From positions 76,775 through 140,774 of the forward strand of contig CACLXG010000001.1 in the NCBI GenBank assembly GCA_902610815.1: a stretch of 64,000 bases of DNA. Reading direction: 5' to 3'. Position 1 is the stretch's first letter. Each line of letters opens with the position of its first letter. The position numbers were made by a program, and so were the translations under genes. This stretch comes from an uncultured Candidatus Actinomarina sp. GTDB lineage: Bacteria; Actinomycetota; Acidimicrobiia; Actinomarinales; Actinomarinaceae. Of the stretch, positions 29,520-38,813 are shown one piece after another. The notes below the pieces were generated by a model. It was not told the DNA's origin and did no database searches. It was given only the letters and a program-made list of their open reading frames with translations.

Positions 29520-30226
29520 TGGCGTATAAAATATTGAATGATGACTTAACATTTGCCAATGTAAATTCAGAGAATCCTAAAGTGTGTTTCTTACATGGAT
29601 GGGGTACAAGCGGTAAAGATTTTAACAAGATTGAAACGCACTTTGATTTTATAACTATTGATATACCTGGATTTGGCAAGTCTGTACCATTTACAAAAAG
29701 TTTTTCACCAAGAAGCTATGCTGAGTACCTTATTAAATTAATACCAGAATCAGTTGATGTTATTGTTGGCCATTCTTTTGGAGGAAGAATAGCAGTACAC
29801 CTTTCACAAATGCAAAATTACAGAAAAATAGTGATTATTGCATCACCACTTATTAGAAAATTAAAACCGAACAGTGGTTTTTCTGTTTTTAAATTATATA
29901 AATTTATTAATAAATTAAATATTATTAGTGACAGTAGGCTTGATGAATTAAAAAATAAATATGGTTCTGAAGATTATAGAAATGCTAACAAAGTTTTAAA
30001 AGATACATTAGTTATGGCAGTGAATGATGATTTGACTGAAATTCTTCCAAAAATCTCTACAAAAGTTGAACTTATTTATGGACAAGATGATTTGGTGGTA
30101 CCTGTAAAAGTTGGTATCGACTCAAGCAGTATAATTCGTGATTCTGAATTAACGATAATTCCTGACGAAGGTCACAATATGCTTAGAAGCAGTGCAGAAA
30201 AAATAGTGGAAATTATAAAAAGATGA
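29519..30226 (+). CDS. Alpha/beta-hydrolase-fold esterase
   Basis: HGWG oxyanion motif, nucleophile elbow GHSFGG, C-terminal DEGHN. Confidence 0.7.
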   Translation: MAYKILNDDLTFANVNSENPKVCFLHGWGTSGKDFNKIETHFDFITIDIPGFGKSVPFTKSFSPRSYAEYLIKLIPESVDVIVGHSFGGRIAVHLSQMQNYRKIVIIASPLIRKLKPNSGFSVFKLYKFINKLNIISDSRLDELKNKYGSEDYRNANKVLKDTLVMAVNDDLTEILPKISTKVELIYGQDDLVVPVKVGIDSSSIIRDSELTIIPDEGHNMLRSSAEKIVEIIKR

Positions 30227-31746
30227 ATTTACTTTATATATTTGTTTTAATTTTGCTCACTTTGAGTTCATGCTTGAATTCAATAAGGTGGGGAAGAATT
30301 GCTCAAAGAGAACATTATATCTCGGGATATGTCACTAAATTTTATTTCAGATGGGTTAGGTTAGTCCCATTTAATAATCTTTATTTTTTTCTTGCTGTCA
30401 TCCTGGCTTTATTAAGTTTATGGTCACCATACCCAGCATTATTACTATCAGTCTTAACTCTAGTAACACCATTTGGATTAGATTTTAAATACAGAACAAC
30501 CAAAGTGAACCTAACGGAAAGGCTTAAAAGGCTAAATATAATATATTACATTCTTATAGTTTTGATTTCCATTGTATCTTTAACAATGGATTTAGGTTAC
30601 TTTATTGCCTTAGTTGCTAATTTATTTTCTTTTTATGTCTATGACCAAGCTCTAAGGTTTACAAAGGGTTATGAAAAAAATAAATCCGAAAAATTTATTA
30701 TTGATGCAGAAAATGAATTAAAAAAGTTTGATGGCCCAATAATTGCAATTACTGGTTCATACTCAAAAACTACAACTAAAAATATATTGTCTCAGATTCT
30801 TTCTCAAAAAAATAAAACTTTTGTAACACCAGAAAGTTTTAATAATCGTTTAGGTATAGCAAAAGCAATCAATGAAAATCTAAAAAATGATGACGAAATT
30901 TCAATTATTGAAATGGGCACTTATGGTTTTGGAGAGATCAGAGAAATGTGTTCATGGGTCAGACCTCACATATCAGTAATAACAGGAATAGCACCAGTTC
31001 ACCTTGAAAGAATGAAAACTTTGGAAAATATACTTGATGCAAAGTCTGAAATAGTCGACTTAACTGGTTCTGTAGTTATCAATGGTGATGATCCACTTTT
31101 GTTGAATCAAGCAAGACTTTGGACTGCCCAGAAGATGGTTATAGATTGCTCTACGACTTCTGAAAGAGCTGCAGTTTTTGTAGACTACAAAAATAAATTA
31201 CATAGTGTTTACATTGGAGGAGAGTTTATAGGTAATGTTGAAGGCCCTAAAATCCTACAATTATCTATATCCTTATCAGTTGGAGTTATGGTTGCACTAG
31301 AACTTAATGTTAAATCTTATCTTGAAAGTCTTGGTGAGTTAGAAAAAACTGATCATCGTCAAACTATTCTTCAGGGAAGTATGGGTCAAACAATTATAGA
31401 TAATTCATTTAATTCGAATCCTATTTCATTTATTTCTTCGCTTGAAACATTAGAAGATTTTAATGGTGCTGGTAAAAAGTATCTTATAACTCCTGGAATG
31501 GTCGAGCTAGGTTCTGAACAATTTAGTTATAATTATGAATTTGCTCATTATGCAAGTGAAGTTGTTGATGAAGCACTTATCGTTGGTTACACCAACAAGG
31601 GACCATTAATACTTGCATTTGAGGAAAATAACATTCCAGTAAAATATTTTAAAAATAGAGATTTAGCTGTTTCTTATCTAAACTCTGTTGTGAATGAAAA
31701 TGATATTGTATTATTTGAAAACGATTTACCAGATCATCATCCTTAA
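30223..31746 (+). CDS. Membrane-anchored Mur-ligase-family enzyme (MurF/CapB-like central and C-domains; UDP-binding N-domain replaced by about 4 TM helices)
   Basis: Residues 1-140 are hydrophobic helices, followed by PIIAITGSYSKTTTKNIL (P-loop) and the Mur ligase middle and C domains. ATGA overlap with the upstream gene. Confidence 0.65.
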   Translation: MNLLYIFVLILLTLSSCLNSIRWGRIAQREHYISGYVTKFYFRWVRLVPFNNLYFFLAVILALLSLWSPYPALLLSVLTLVTPFGLDFKYRTTKVNLTERLKRLNIIYYILIVLISIVSLTMDLGYFIALVANLFSFYVYDQALRFTKGYEKNKSEKFIIDAENELKKFDGPIIAITGSYSKTTTKNILSQILSQKNKTFVTPESFNNRLGIAKAINENLKNDDEISIIEMGTYGFGEIREMCSWVRPHISVITGIAPVHLERMKTLENILDAKSEIVDLTGSVVINGDDPLLLNQARLWTAQKMVIDCSTTSERAAVFVDYKNKLHSVYIGGEFIGNVEGPKILQLSISLSVGVMVALELNVKSYLESLGELEKTDHRQTILQGSMGQTIIDNSFNSNPISFISSLETLEDFNGAGKKYLITPGMVELGSEQFSYNYEFAHYASEVVDEALIVGYTNKGPLILAFEENNIPVKYFKNRDLAVSYLNSVVNENDIVLFENDLPDHHP

Positions 31747-31749
31747 AAT

Positions 31750-32832
31750 ATGACAGAATCAATTGCCGTAATATTTGGTGGCCCATCTGACGAGCATGAT
31801 ATATCTATATTGACTGGGCTACAGTCTTCCAGGATTTTATCCAATAAATATGATGTAAAAAATATTTATTGGTCAAAAGACAATAAATGGTATTTGGTAA
31901 ATAATGCCTTAGAATCAATAGATTTTGTTGATAATGACGATATTTTCAAGAAAGAATTAACGATAAAATATGATTCAGAGCCAGGATTTTATTTAAAAAA
32001 GAAAAAAATTTCATTTGAAGTAGCAGTTAATGCTTGTCATGGAGGGCCAGGGGAAGATGGAACACTTCAAAGTTTATTAAGTTTATTAAATATTAATTAT
32101 ACAGGACCCTCATTGACTACTTCACAGATAGGTATGGATAAGTACGTTTTCTTTACATTAATGAAAGAAATTGGAATACCTGTTTTAGATAAACACTTAG
32201 TTAGCAAAAATACTAAACCTAATTTTTCTGGACCTTATATTTTAAAACCTAGATTTGGAGGGTCCTCTATCGGGGTAGAGGTTGTTGAAGACTACGAAAC
32301 AGCTTTAAAACTCTCTAGAAATTCAAAAATTTACAGTCAAGGAGCAACTGTAGAAAAATTACTTGAAAACTCTAACGATCTTCTTATTGGAATTAGGACA
32401 TACCCAAACTTAGATTTCTCAGAAATTGAAAAACCAATTAGAACAAGTAGTTTTGAATTGTTTTCATACAACGATAAATATCTTGATAATGGAGGATTAG
32501 AAGGATCTAAAAGAGAATTACCTGCAACTATTAATTCAGAAATTGAATCTCAAATTAAAACAATACTTACATTATTCGTTGAAAAAATTGAAATAAGAGG
32601 AATATCAAGAGTAGATTTTTTACTTCACAGTGAAAATTTATATTTAAATGAAGTTAATACAATTCCTGGAAGCCATGCATTATATCTTTGGCAGAATATT
32701 GGTAAAAGTAAGTTTGAACTTTTAAATGACATGATAGAAGAGGCAAAAAATAGTGTTACCCATTGGAGCACAGAGGGATCAGATGGAGTAGCTTTAAAAA
32801 GCGCTAAAGACATACAAAGCAAATTAGGTTAA
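31750..32832 (+). CDS. ddl: D-alanine--D-alanine ligase-like ATP-grasp enzyme
   Basis: N-terminal IAVIFGGPSDEHDISILTG and C-terminal VDFLL...YLNEVNTIPG match Ddl. Confidence 0.75.
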   Translation: MTESIAVIFGGPSDEHDISILTGLQSSRILSNKYDVKNIYWSKDNKWYLVNNALESIDFVDNDDIFKKELTIKYDSEPGFYLKKKKISFEVAVNACHGGPGEDGTLQSLLSLLNINYTGPSLTTSQIGMDKYVFFTLMKEIGIPVLDKHLVSKNTKPNFSGPYILKPRFGGSSIGVEVVEDYETALKLSRNSKIYSQGATVEKLLENSNDLLIGIRTYPNLDFSEIEKPIRTSSFELFSYNDKYLDNGGLEGSKRELPATINSEIESQIKTILTLFVEKIEIRGISRVDFLLHSENLYLNEVNTIPGSHALYLWQNIGKSKFELLNDMIEEAKNSVTHWSTEGSDGVALKSAKDIQSKLG

Positions 32833-32838
32833 AAATTT

Positions 32839-33474
32839 ATGAACGGTATTTATTGGGACTGTGATGGCACTTTAATGGATACCGAAACATCATATGGATT
32901 AGCATGGAAAGAACATCTGAGTGATTTTGGACTTGAGATATCTGAAGAGGAAACTAGACAATGGGTGGGTATTGACGATAGATTGGTTCACAGCTTTTAT
33001 GCAAAAAATGTTGATTTAGAAAATTTTGAGAAAACTATGGCATCTCTTGGAAAAATTATAGAAGGGACGTTGAACGAAAAACTAATGTTTCAAGATGCAA
33101 AAATACTACTCGAGGAGACAAACAACAGGGGATGGACGTCAGCATGTGCCTCAGCAAGCCCTTATGAGTTATTAAAAAATAAATTAATAAAAGCAAATAT
33201 TTTTGATTATTTCTCATATGTTATAGGAGGTGATCAAGTTGAAAGAAATAAACCATATCCAGATATTTACAATAAAGCGATCAGTGAACTTCAAACTACT
33301 AAGAATATAGTTATTGAAGACAGTCCTCCTGGAATATCATCTGGGAAGGCATCCGGTTCTTTTGTAGTTGCAATTGATAGAGGAATATTTTCAAAAGATG
33401 AATTAAATAAAGCTGACTTAATTGTTGATAATTTATCTATAGATATCATAGAAACAGTTTTTAATAGCCTTTAA
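32839..33474 (+). CDS. HAD-superfamily phosphatase (beta-phosphoglucomutase-like subfamily IA)
   Basis: Motif I DCDGTLMDTE; 211 aa. Confidence 0.7.
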   Translation: MNGIYWDCDGTLMDTETSYGLAWKEHLSDFGLEISEEETRQWVGIDDRLVHSFYAKNVDLENFEKTMASLGKIIEGTLNEKLMFQDAKILLEETNNRGWTSACASASPYELLKNKLIKANIFDYFSYVIGGDQVERNKPYPDIYNKAISELQTTKNIVIEDSPPGISSGKASGSFVVAIDRGIFSKDELNKADLIVDNLSIDIIETVFNSL

Positions 33475-33527
33475 ACATTGATGAAATTCAAAATAGATTA
33501 CAAAACTGACTTAGGCGCAAAAATAGA

Positions 33528-33977
33528 CTAAGACAAATTTAAAATTAATACAGGTATTTTTCGTTTTGTTCTTTGTTGGTAATTGGAATATCCACCTTTA
33601 TTCATGTAATCCATTTTTGACCACCAGTCTTCACGCTCTTCATCAAAGACTTCTTTAGCGACTGCAGTGTATTTCTTTCTTCCAATTTGAATTTCACATT
33701 TAGGGTTAGCTTTTAAATTATGATACCAGCCTGGATTAGTAGGACTTCCACCTTTAGATGCTACTAAACAAATTTCATTACCTTCTTTCATGAAAACAAG
33801 TACATTTTTTCTTAACAAATTAGTCTTAGCACCAGTTGAGAAAAGAATTAAACACGGTCTTCCCTGTAGAAATTTTCCTATTCTGCCATTTGAATAGATA
33901 TAAATATAATTGTGAAAAAACAAGAATGTAAAAATTAAATATCTTCTCATATATTTAACTTTATCTTTTTTCTCCAT
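33528..33977 (-). CDS. Deazaflavin-dependent nitroreductase-family protein (DDN / DUF385)
   Basis: VASKGGSPTNPGWYHNLKANP...YQQRTKRKIPVLIL matches the DDN family. The likely start is M10, overlapping the stop of the upstream photolyase-like gene. Confidence 0.7.
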   Translation of the reverse strand: MEKKDKVKYMRRYLIFTFLFFHNYIYIYSNGRIGKFLQGRPCLILFSTGAKTNLLRKNVLVFMKEGNEICLVASKGGSPTNPGWYHNLKANPKCEIQIGRKKYTAVAKEVFDEEREDWWSKMDYMNKGGYSNYQQRTKRKIPVLILNLS

Positions 33978-35146
33978 GAACTGAAACTTGTAGGGTAAAA
34001 ATTAATGGGATCTGCAAGTCGTAATGCCGGGAATTCTACAGATGGAATATTTCTTTCTGTAATTTTTTTGTATTTTGGTACTGGTGCAAATGTTGATGCA
34101 AAATTTTTATTTTGTAAATAATCATCTGGATTGGTTAAATGTACTTGCAGCTCCCTTTTGTTATTAATTTCTTTAAGGCAATCAAGTAAAAAATTAATTC
34201 TCTTTGTTGATAATTGCAATTTACTTAACAGCTTTATATCAAATATAAAAATTACTGGTAGTTCGTGATAATGAATCATTGCTGGATCATTGTCTCCGAT
34301 AGATTCACCTGTAATCCATACACAGGATGGTTTAGTACTATTATTTTCTCTTATGTTTTTTGGACCGAAAACTTTTTCTTCATCTATTTTAAAATCATTA
34401 TTTAATTTTTCAGAAATATTTGTTTGCGGCCATTCTTGAATTGGGCAGTCATATTTTAATTCACAATTATTACATAATTGGGGTGCTCTTTTTTCAACTT
34501 GGAATTTGGAAAATCCATATGGCTTTCCTGTTTGTGATCCCATGACCCAATGCCATCCTAACCTGTTTGCAAAACGAGACCCATCTAATAAATGTTGAAA
34601 CATATAGTCCTCATATTGATTCCAGTCGTTACCTACCCTTAAAGAATTATGAGATGCATACCACATTCTTGTCTGATTAACCATATAACCTGTTTTTTCC
34701 AATTCTTTTTCGATAGTTGATACACAATTCATATTTTTATAAATATCTGCATTCGATTGAGGTTTTTCTATTTTGTAATTTAGATATTTTCTTGATTTTT
34801 TACCAACTATTGCATATAAATGTCTTGCAAATTCTTGCCAAAGCAACTCATCTTGGAATTTAGTTCTATCTTTGTATTCAAATTTCTCAACTGCTTTCCA
34901 TACATCTGAAAGACTAAGTAAACCATGTCGTATATAGGGGGATAGATAAGATGAACCTCTGGAATCTTTGGGGTAAACGTTGTTTCTTTTCGTAGCATAC
35001 TTATTAATATTTAGCTGATTTAATGCATTATCTGCGTTTGATTGGCCACCAGACACAAATGGATAAGTGAAATCATCACAACAAAGGCCACTAAAATATT
35101 TTTGTATTATTTCTTTATTATCAAGTTGTAGATCAATTAAAGACAT
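33947..35146 (-). CDS. Photolyase/cryptochrome homologue with permuted domain order (FAD domain then alpha/beta antenna domain)
   Basis: N-terminal part carries SYLSPYIRHG, LLWQEFARHLY and RMWYASHNSLRVGNDW...GWHWVMG (FAD_binding_7-like). C-terminal part carries CVWITGESIGDNDPAM, LPVIFIFD and FYPTSFSSWRKK (photolyase N-domain-like). Confidence 0.7.
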   Translation of the reverse strand: MSLIDLQLDNKEIIQKYFSGLCCDDFTYPFVSGGQSNADNALNQLNINKYATKRNNVYPKDSRGSSYLSPYIRHGLLSLSDVWKAVEKFEYKDRTKFQDELLWQEFARHLYAIVGKKSRKYLNYKIEKPQSNADIYKNMNCVSTIEKELEKTGYMVNQTRMWYASHNSLRVGNDWNQYEDYMFQHLLDGSRFANRLGWHWVMGSQTGKPYGFSKFQVEKRAPQLCNNCELKYDCPIQEWPQTNISEKLNNDFKIDEEKVFGPKNIRENNSTKPSCVWITGESIGDNDPAMIHYHELPVIFIFDIKLLSKLQLSTKRINFLLDCLKEINNKRELQVHLTNPDDYLQNKNFASTFAPVPKYKKITERNIPSVEFPALRLADPINFYPTSFSSWRKKIKLNI

Positions 35147-35155
35147 TAAATGTAA

Positions 35156-35371
35156 TTAGTATTTATCTTGTCCGATTCGTATATTTACAACAGTTAAAAC
35201 TTCTTCTATATTTTCTATATCGAAATTTACTCTTTGTCCCTGTCTTAGAGTTCTAAAAATAGATCCCTTTAAGGATCCTGGTGCAAGAAAGACTTCTGAT
35301 TTGTCCGTGTCTAGTAAGATAATTCCATTACCCGTATTTGGATCATAGGATTTTACAACACCCTGAGCCAT
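35156..35371 (-). CDS. Cold-shock-domain protein
   Basis: GVVKSYDPNTGNGIILLDTDKSEVFL resembles the CspA RNP motifs. 71 aa. Confidence 0.55.
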   Translation of the reverse strand: MAQGVVKSYDPNTGNGIILLDTDKSEVFLAPGSLKGSIFRTLRQGQRVNFDIENIEEVLTVVNIRIGQDKY

Positions 35372-35607
35372 TAAACTTTTTCGCCTCTACTTCTTATTTC
35401 TTTAACAACAGACTCAATACCGCGTTTGTCTATTACTTTATTACCTTTTGTACTAACTTTAAGCTTTACCCACCTGTTTTCACTTTCAAGCCAGTATTTT
35501 TTAGTTTGAATATTTGGTTTGAACCATCGATTGTTTCTTTTATGAGAAAAAGATACATGTTTACCTGATCTTGGCTCTCTTCCAGTTACTTGACATCTAT
35601 TTGACAT
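35371..35607 (-). CDS. rpmB: 50S ribosomal protein L28
   Basis: MSNRCQVTGREPRSGKHVSFSHKRNNRWFKPN is an L28 signature. Confidence 0.85.
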   Translation of the reverse strand: MSNRCQVTGREPRSGKHVSFSHKRNNRWFKPNIQTKKYWLESENRWVKLKVSTKGNKVIDKRGIESVVKEIRSRGEKV

Positions 35608-35692
35608 AATATTTTCCTCTAAATTACATTTATAACTATAACTAATTTATTAATTTGTAGGTACTTTCATTTTAAAACTTTTTAGGTAATGT

Positions 35693-37819
35693 TTGATTGT
35701 GGTTGAAAGAAGTTTAAGTTACTTAGATAATATAAAGTTAGATTCTTTAAAAGGATTTGGTGAGAAAAGATATTCAAATCTTAAAAAGAGTAATTTATCA
35801 TCCATTACCGATTTAATTAGATTTTATCCAAGAAAACACATTGATAGATCAAAAATAAAAACAATAAATCAAATTGATCAATCAGATATTGAAAAAGAAG
35901 TAACAATGATTGGTACGATCAGTAATGTTTCAGTATTTACAACTAAATCAAGATTAAGGATAACGACGCTTTCAATAAAAGACAGCACAGGCTTGGTAAA
36001 AGCAAAGTGGTTTGGACCTCAATATATAGAATCGAGATTTAAAGAGGGTGAAGATGTTGCTCTTTCTGGAAAGCCTGATATTAAAAAAACTGGATCAATA
36101 GAATTTAAAAATCCCACAATTGAAAAATTTGCTGATATAGATGAACTGAGCGAGACGGGATCTTTAATTCCTATATATCCAAAAGTTGATGGTGTATCTA
36201 GTGGTGTAATAAGAAAAGCAATAAAAGACGCATTGTCAATCATTGATACACCTAAAGAAGAGTTTGAACCTGGAATTGAAGACATGCTTACTAGTGAGGT
36301 TGTAGATAAAAATTCAATTTTTTCTAGAACTGAAAGTTTTAAATCAATTCATTTCCCTAAAACCATTGAAGAATTCCAAAAAGCAAGAGAAAGGCTTGCT
36401 CTTGATGAATTTATATATTTACGTTCTATATTTGAAAATTTAAAATCTGAATTTAAAAATAAAAACAAAGGGCCAAAATATATTTTTGAAAATTCATTAA
36501 TAGACACTTTTGTTGCAGACTTACCATTTCAACTCACAGAATCTCAAACAAAAGCCTATAAAGAGATTCTAGAAGATTTAAAAAATGATTATCCCATGAA
36601 AAGACTTCTTCAAGGCGATGTCGGCTCAGGAAAGACAGTTGTGGCTGCAATTTCTATATATGCTGTAATAAATTCCGGTTACCAAGTGGCACTAATGGCT
36701 CCAACGGAAGTATTGGCTGAACAACATTTAAATTCATTAAATGCATTTTTAAAAAATTCAGATGTAGAGGTTAATTTTCTTACTTCCTCTGTCAAAGATA
36801 GAAGCGAAGTAATGAATAATATATCTGATGGTAAGCCTGGATTATATATAGGTACTCATGCCTTAATTCAAGACAAAGTATTCTTTAGTAATTTAGGTCT
36901 CGTAATTATTGACGAGCAACAGAGATTTGGTGTTGATCAAAGAAAAAAATTAATATCAGATTCAGAAATAACTCCCGACCAACTTGTTATGACTGCAACT
37001 CCAATACCAAGAACTACTGCTCTATCTATATATGGTGACTTAGAGATATCTTCAATAAATGAATTACCTCCGGGCAGAAAGCCAATTGTTTCACATTTAT
37101 ATAGTGGTTTAAAAAAAGACAATGAGAAAGTTTTTGAAATGTGTTACAAACATTTAGATGATGATTCGCAAATATTTGTAGTTTGTCCCTATATAGAAGA
37201 GAGTGAGTCTTCTGATATACAGGCAGCAGAAAAAGTTTTTTTGGAATATTCTAAAAAATTTTCGGATTACAAGGTTGTTCTTCTACATGGAAAGATGTCT
37301 TATGAGGAAAAAGAAAATATAATGCGATCAATGCAGGATGGCTCTATAGACATACTTGTCTCTACTGTAGTTATAGAGGTTGGTATAGACATTCCAAATG
37401 CCTCTCTTATGATTATTGAAAGTGCAGAAAGATTTGGTCTTAATCAACTGCACCAGCTCAGAGGAAGAGTAGGTAGAGGAGAAAAACAATCAGAGTGCAT
37501 TTTTCATATTACAAATAAAAAATCTCTCAGCACTATCAGCGAAGAAGGTGTTAAAAGATTAGAGGCTATATCAACAATGAGTGATGGATTTAAATTATCA
37601 GAGATAGATTTAGAAATTCGGGGTGAAGGAAAGGTAACCGGTAAAAACCAATCAGGTAGGTCTGACTTAAAAATTGCTGATTTACGTTTTGATTATGGTT
37701 TACTTATTCAATCCAAAGATATTTATGATGATATCAAAAGTTCAAATTCATCGAATAAAGTATTTGAAGAAGCAAAATTATTATTTCCTAATTATTTTCA
37801 AGCAGACGGGACTACATGA
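35693..37819 (+). CDS. recG: ATP-dependent DNA helicase RecG
   Basis: Wedge/OB N-domain, Walker A GDVGSGKT, DEQQRFGV, and motif VI QLRGRVGRG. Confidence 0.85.
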   Translation: MIVVERSLSYLDNIKLDSLKGFGEKRYSNLKKSNLSSITDLIRFYPRKHIDRSKIKTINQIDQSDIEKEVTMIGTISNVSVFTTKSRLRITTLSIKDSTGLVKAKWFGPQYIESRFKEGEDVALSGKPDIKKTGSIEFKNPTIEKFADIDELSETGSLIPIYPKVDGVSSGVIRKAIKDALSIIDTPKEEFEPGIEDMLTSEVVDKNSIFSRTESFKSIHFPKTIEEFQKARERLALDEFIYLRSIFENLKSEFKNKNKGPKYIFENSLIDTFVADLPFQLTESQTKAYKEILEDLKNDYPMKRLLQGDVGSGKTVVAAISIYAVINSGYQVALMAPTEVLAEQHLNSLNAFLKNSDVEVNFLTSSVKDRSEVMNNISDGKPGLYIGTHALIQDKVFFSNLGLVIIDEQQRFGVDQRKKLISDSEITPDQLVMTATPIPRTTALSIYGDLEISSINELPPGRKPIVSHLYSGLKKDNEKVFEMCYKHLDDDSQIFVVCPYIEESESSDIQAAEKVFLEYSKKFSDYKVVLLHGKMSYEEKENIMRSMQDGSIDILVSTVVIEVGIDIPNASLMIIESAERFGLNQLHQLRGRVGRGEKQSECIFHITNKKSLSTISEEGVKRLEAISTMSDGFKLSEIDLEIRGEGKVTGKNQSGRSDLKIADLRFDYGLLIQSKDIYDDIKSSNSSNKVFEEAKLLFPNYFQADGTT

Positions 37820-38352
37820 GAGTTTTGGCAGGTATTTACAAATCTAAAAAGATTGAAACAATTAATAGTGCTGATACAAGACCAATGATGAGTAAAGTTA
37901 GAGAAGCAATTTTCAACTCCATTCAGTTCATGGTTGAAGAAAAAGATGTTCTTGATTTATATTCTGGTTCTGGAAGCTTAGGCATTGAAGCATTAAGTAG
38001 GGGAGCAAATTATGTTACATTTGTTGAACTCTCTAAAGAGTGCATATTAGTACTTAAGAAAAACATTGAAAATATGTCAAGTAATCTTAATATTGTAAAT
38101 TCACCCGTAAATTCTTTTATTCAAAATTCTATTAATAAATATCATCTAATTTTTTATGATCCTCCTTTTGAACTTGATGCAAATCAAGTAAATGAAGAAG
38201 TTTTAAGCATAGAGAACATATTAAACGATCATGGGCTTTTAATTATTCATAGGCATAAAGCCTCTGGGGATATAAAGTTTTCAAAAAATTATGAATTACA
38301 TAGGGAAAAAAACTATGGGCAAAGTAAAATTCTTATATTGAGGAGAATATGA
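37816..38352 (+). CDS. rsmD: 16S rRNA (guanine966-N2)-methyltransferase
   Basis: TRPMMSKVREAIFNS...LDLYSGSGSLGIEALSRGA. Confidence 0.75.
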   Translation: MRVLAGIYKSKKIETINSADTRPMMSKVREAIFNSIQFMVEEKDVLDLYSGSGSLGIEALSRGANYVTFVELSKECILVLKKNIENMSSNLNIVNSPVNSFIQNSINKYHLIFYDPPFELDANQVNEEVLSIENILNDHGLLIIHRHKASGDIKFSKNYELHREKNYGQSKILILRRI

Positions 38353-38813
38353 AAATTTTAATTCCTGGTTCATTTGACCCACCTACTAATGGACATATTG
38401 ATGTTATCAACAGATGTTCTGAAATATTTAGTGAGATTATTGTTGGAGTCGTTGTTAATCCCTCAAAGAACTCTTTATTTACACCAGAGGAAAGATTAGA
38501 AATGCTTGAACAAATTTGTAAAGAAAAAGAGAATGTAAAAGTAAAAAGTTTTGAAGGTCTGTTAGTTGACTTTGCTTCATCAGAGTCAGTAAACGCTATA
38601 GTTAAAGGATTAAGAGCCATGACGGATTTTGACTATGAATTTCAAATGGCACAAGCTAACTCAACTTTAAAAGGGTTTGAAACAATATTTATTCCATCTT
38701 CTCCTGAATATGGATACTTATCAAGTTCAATGGTGAAAGAAATACATTCATATGGTGGAGACATCAAGTCTTTAGTACCTGCTTATGTATTAGAGAGAAT
38801 GAACAATGGCTGA
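38349..38813 (+). CDS. coaD: Phosphopantetheine adenylyltransferase
   Basis: GSFDPPTNGHIDVI motif. Confidence 0.85.
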   Translation: MKILIPGSFDPPTNGHIDVINRCSEIFSEIIVGVVVNPSKNSLFTPEERLEMLEQICKEKENVKVKSFEGLLVDFASSESVNAIVKGLRAMTDFDYEFQMAQANSTLKGFETIFIPSSPEYGYLSSSMVKEIHSYGGDIKSLVPAYVLERMNNG

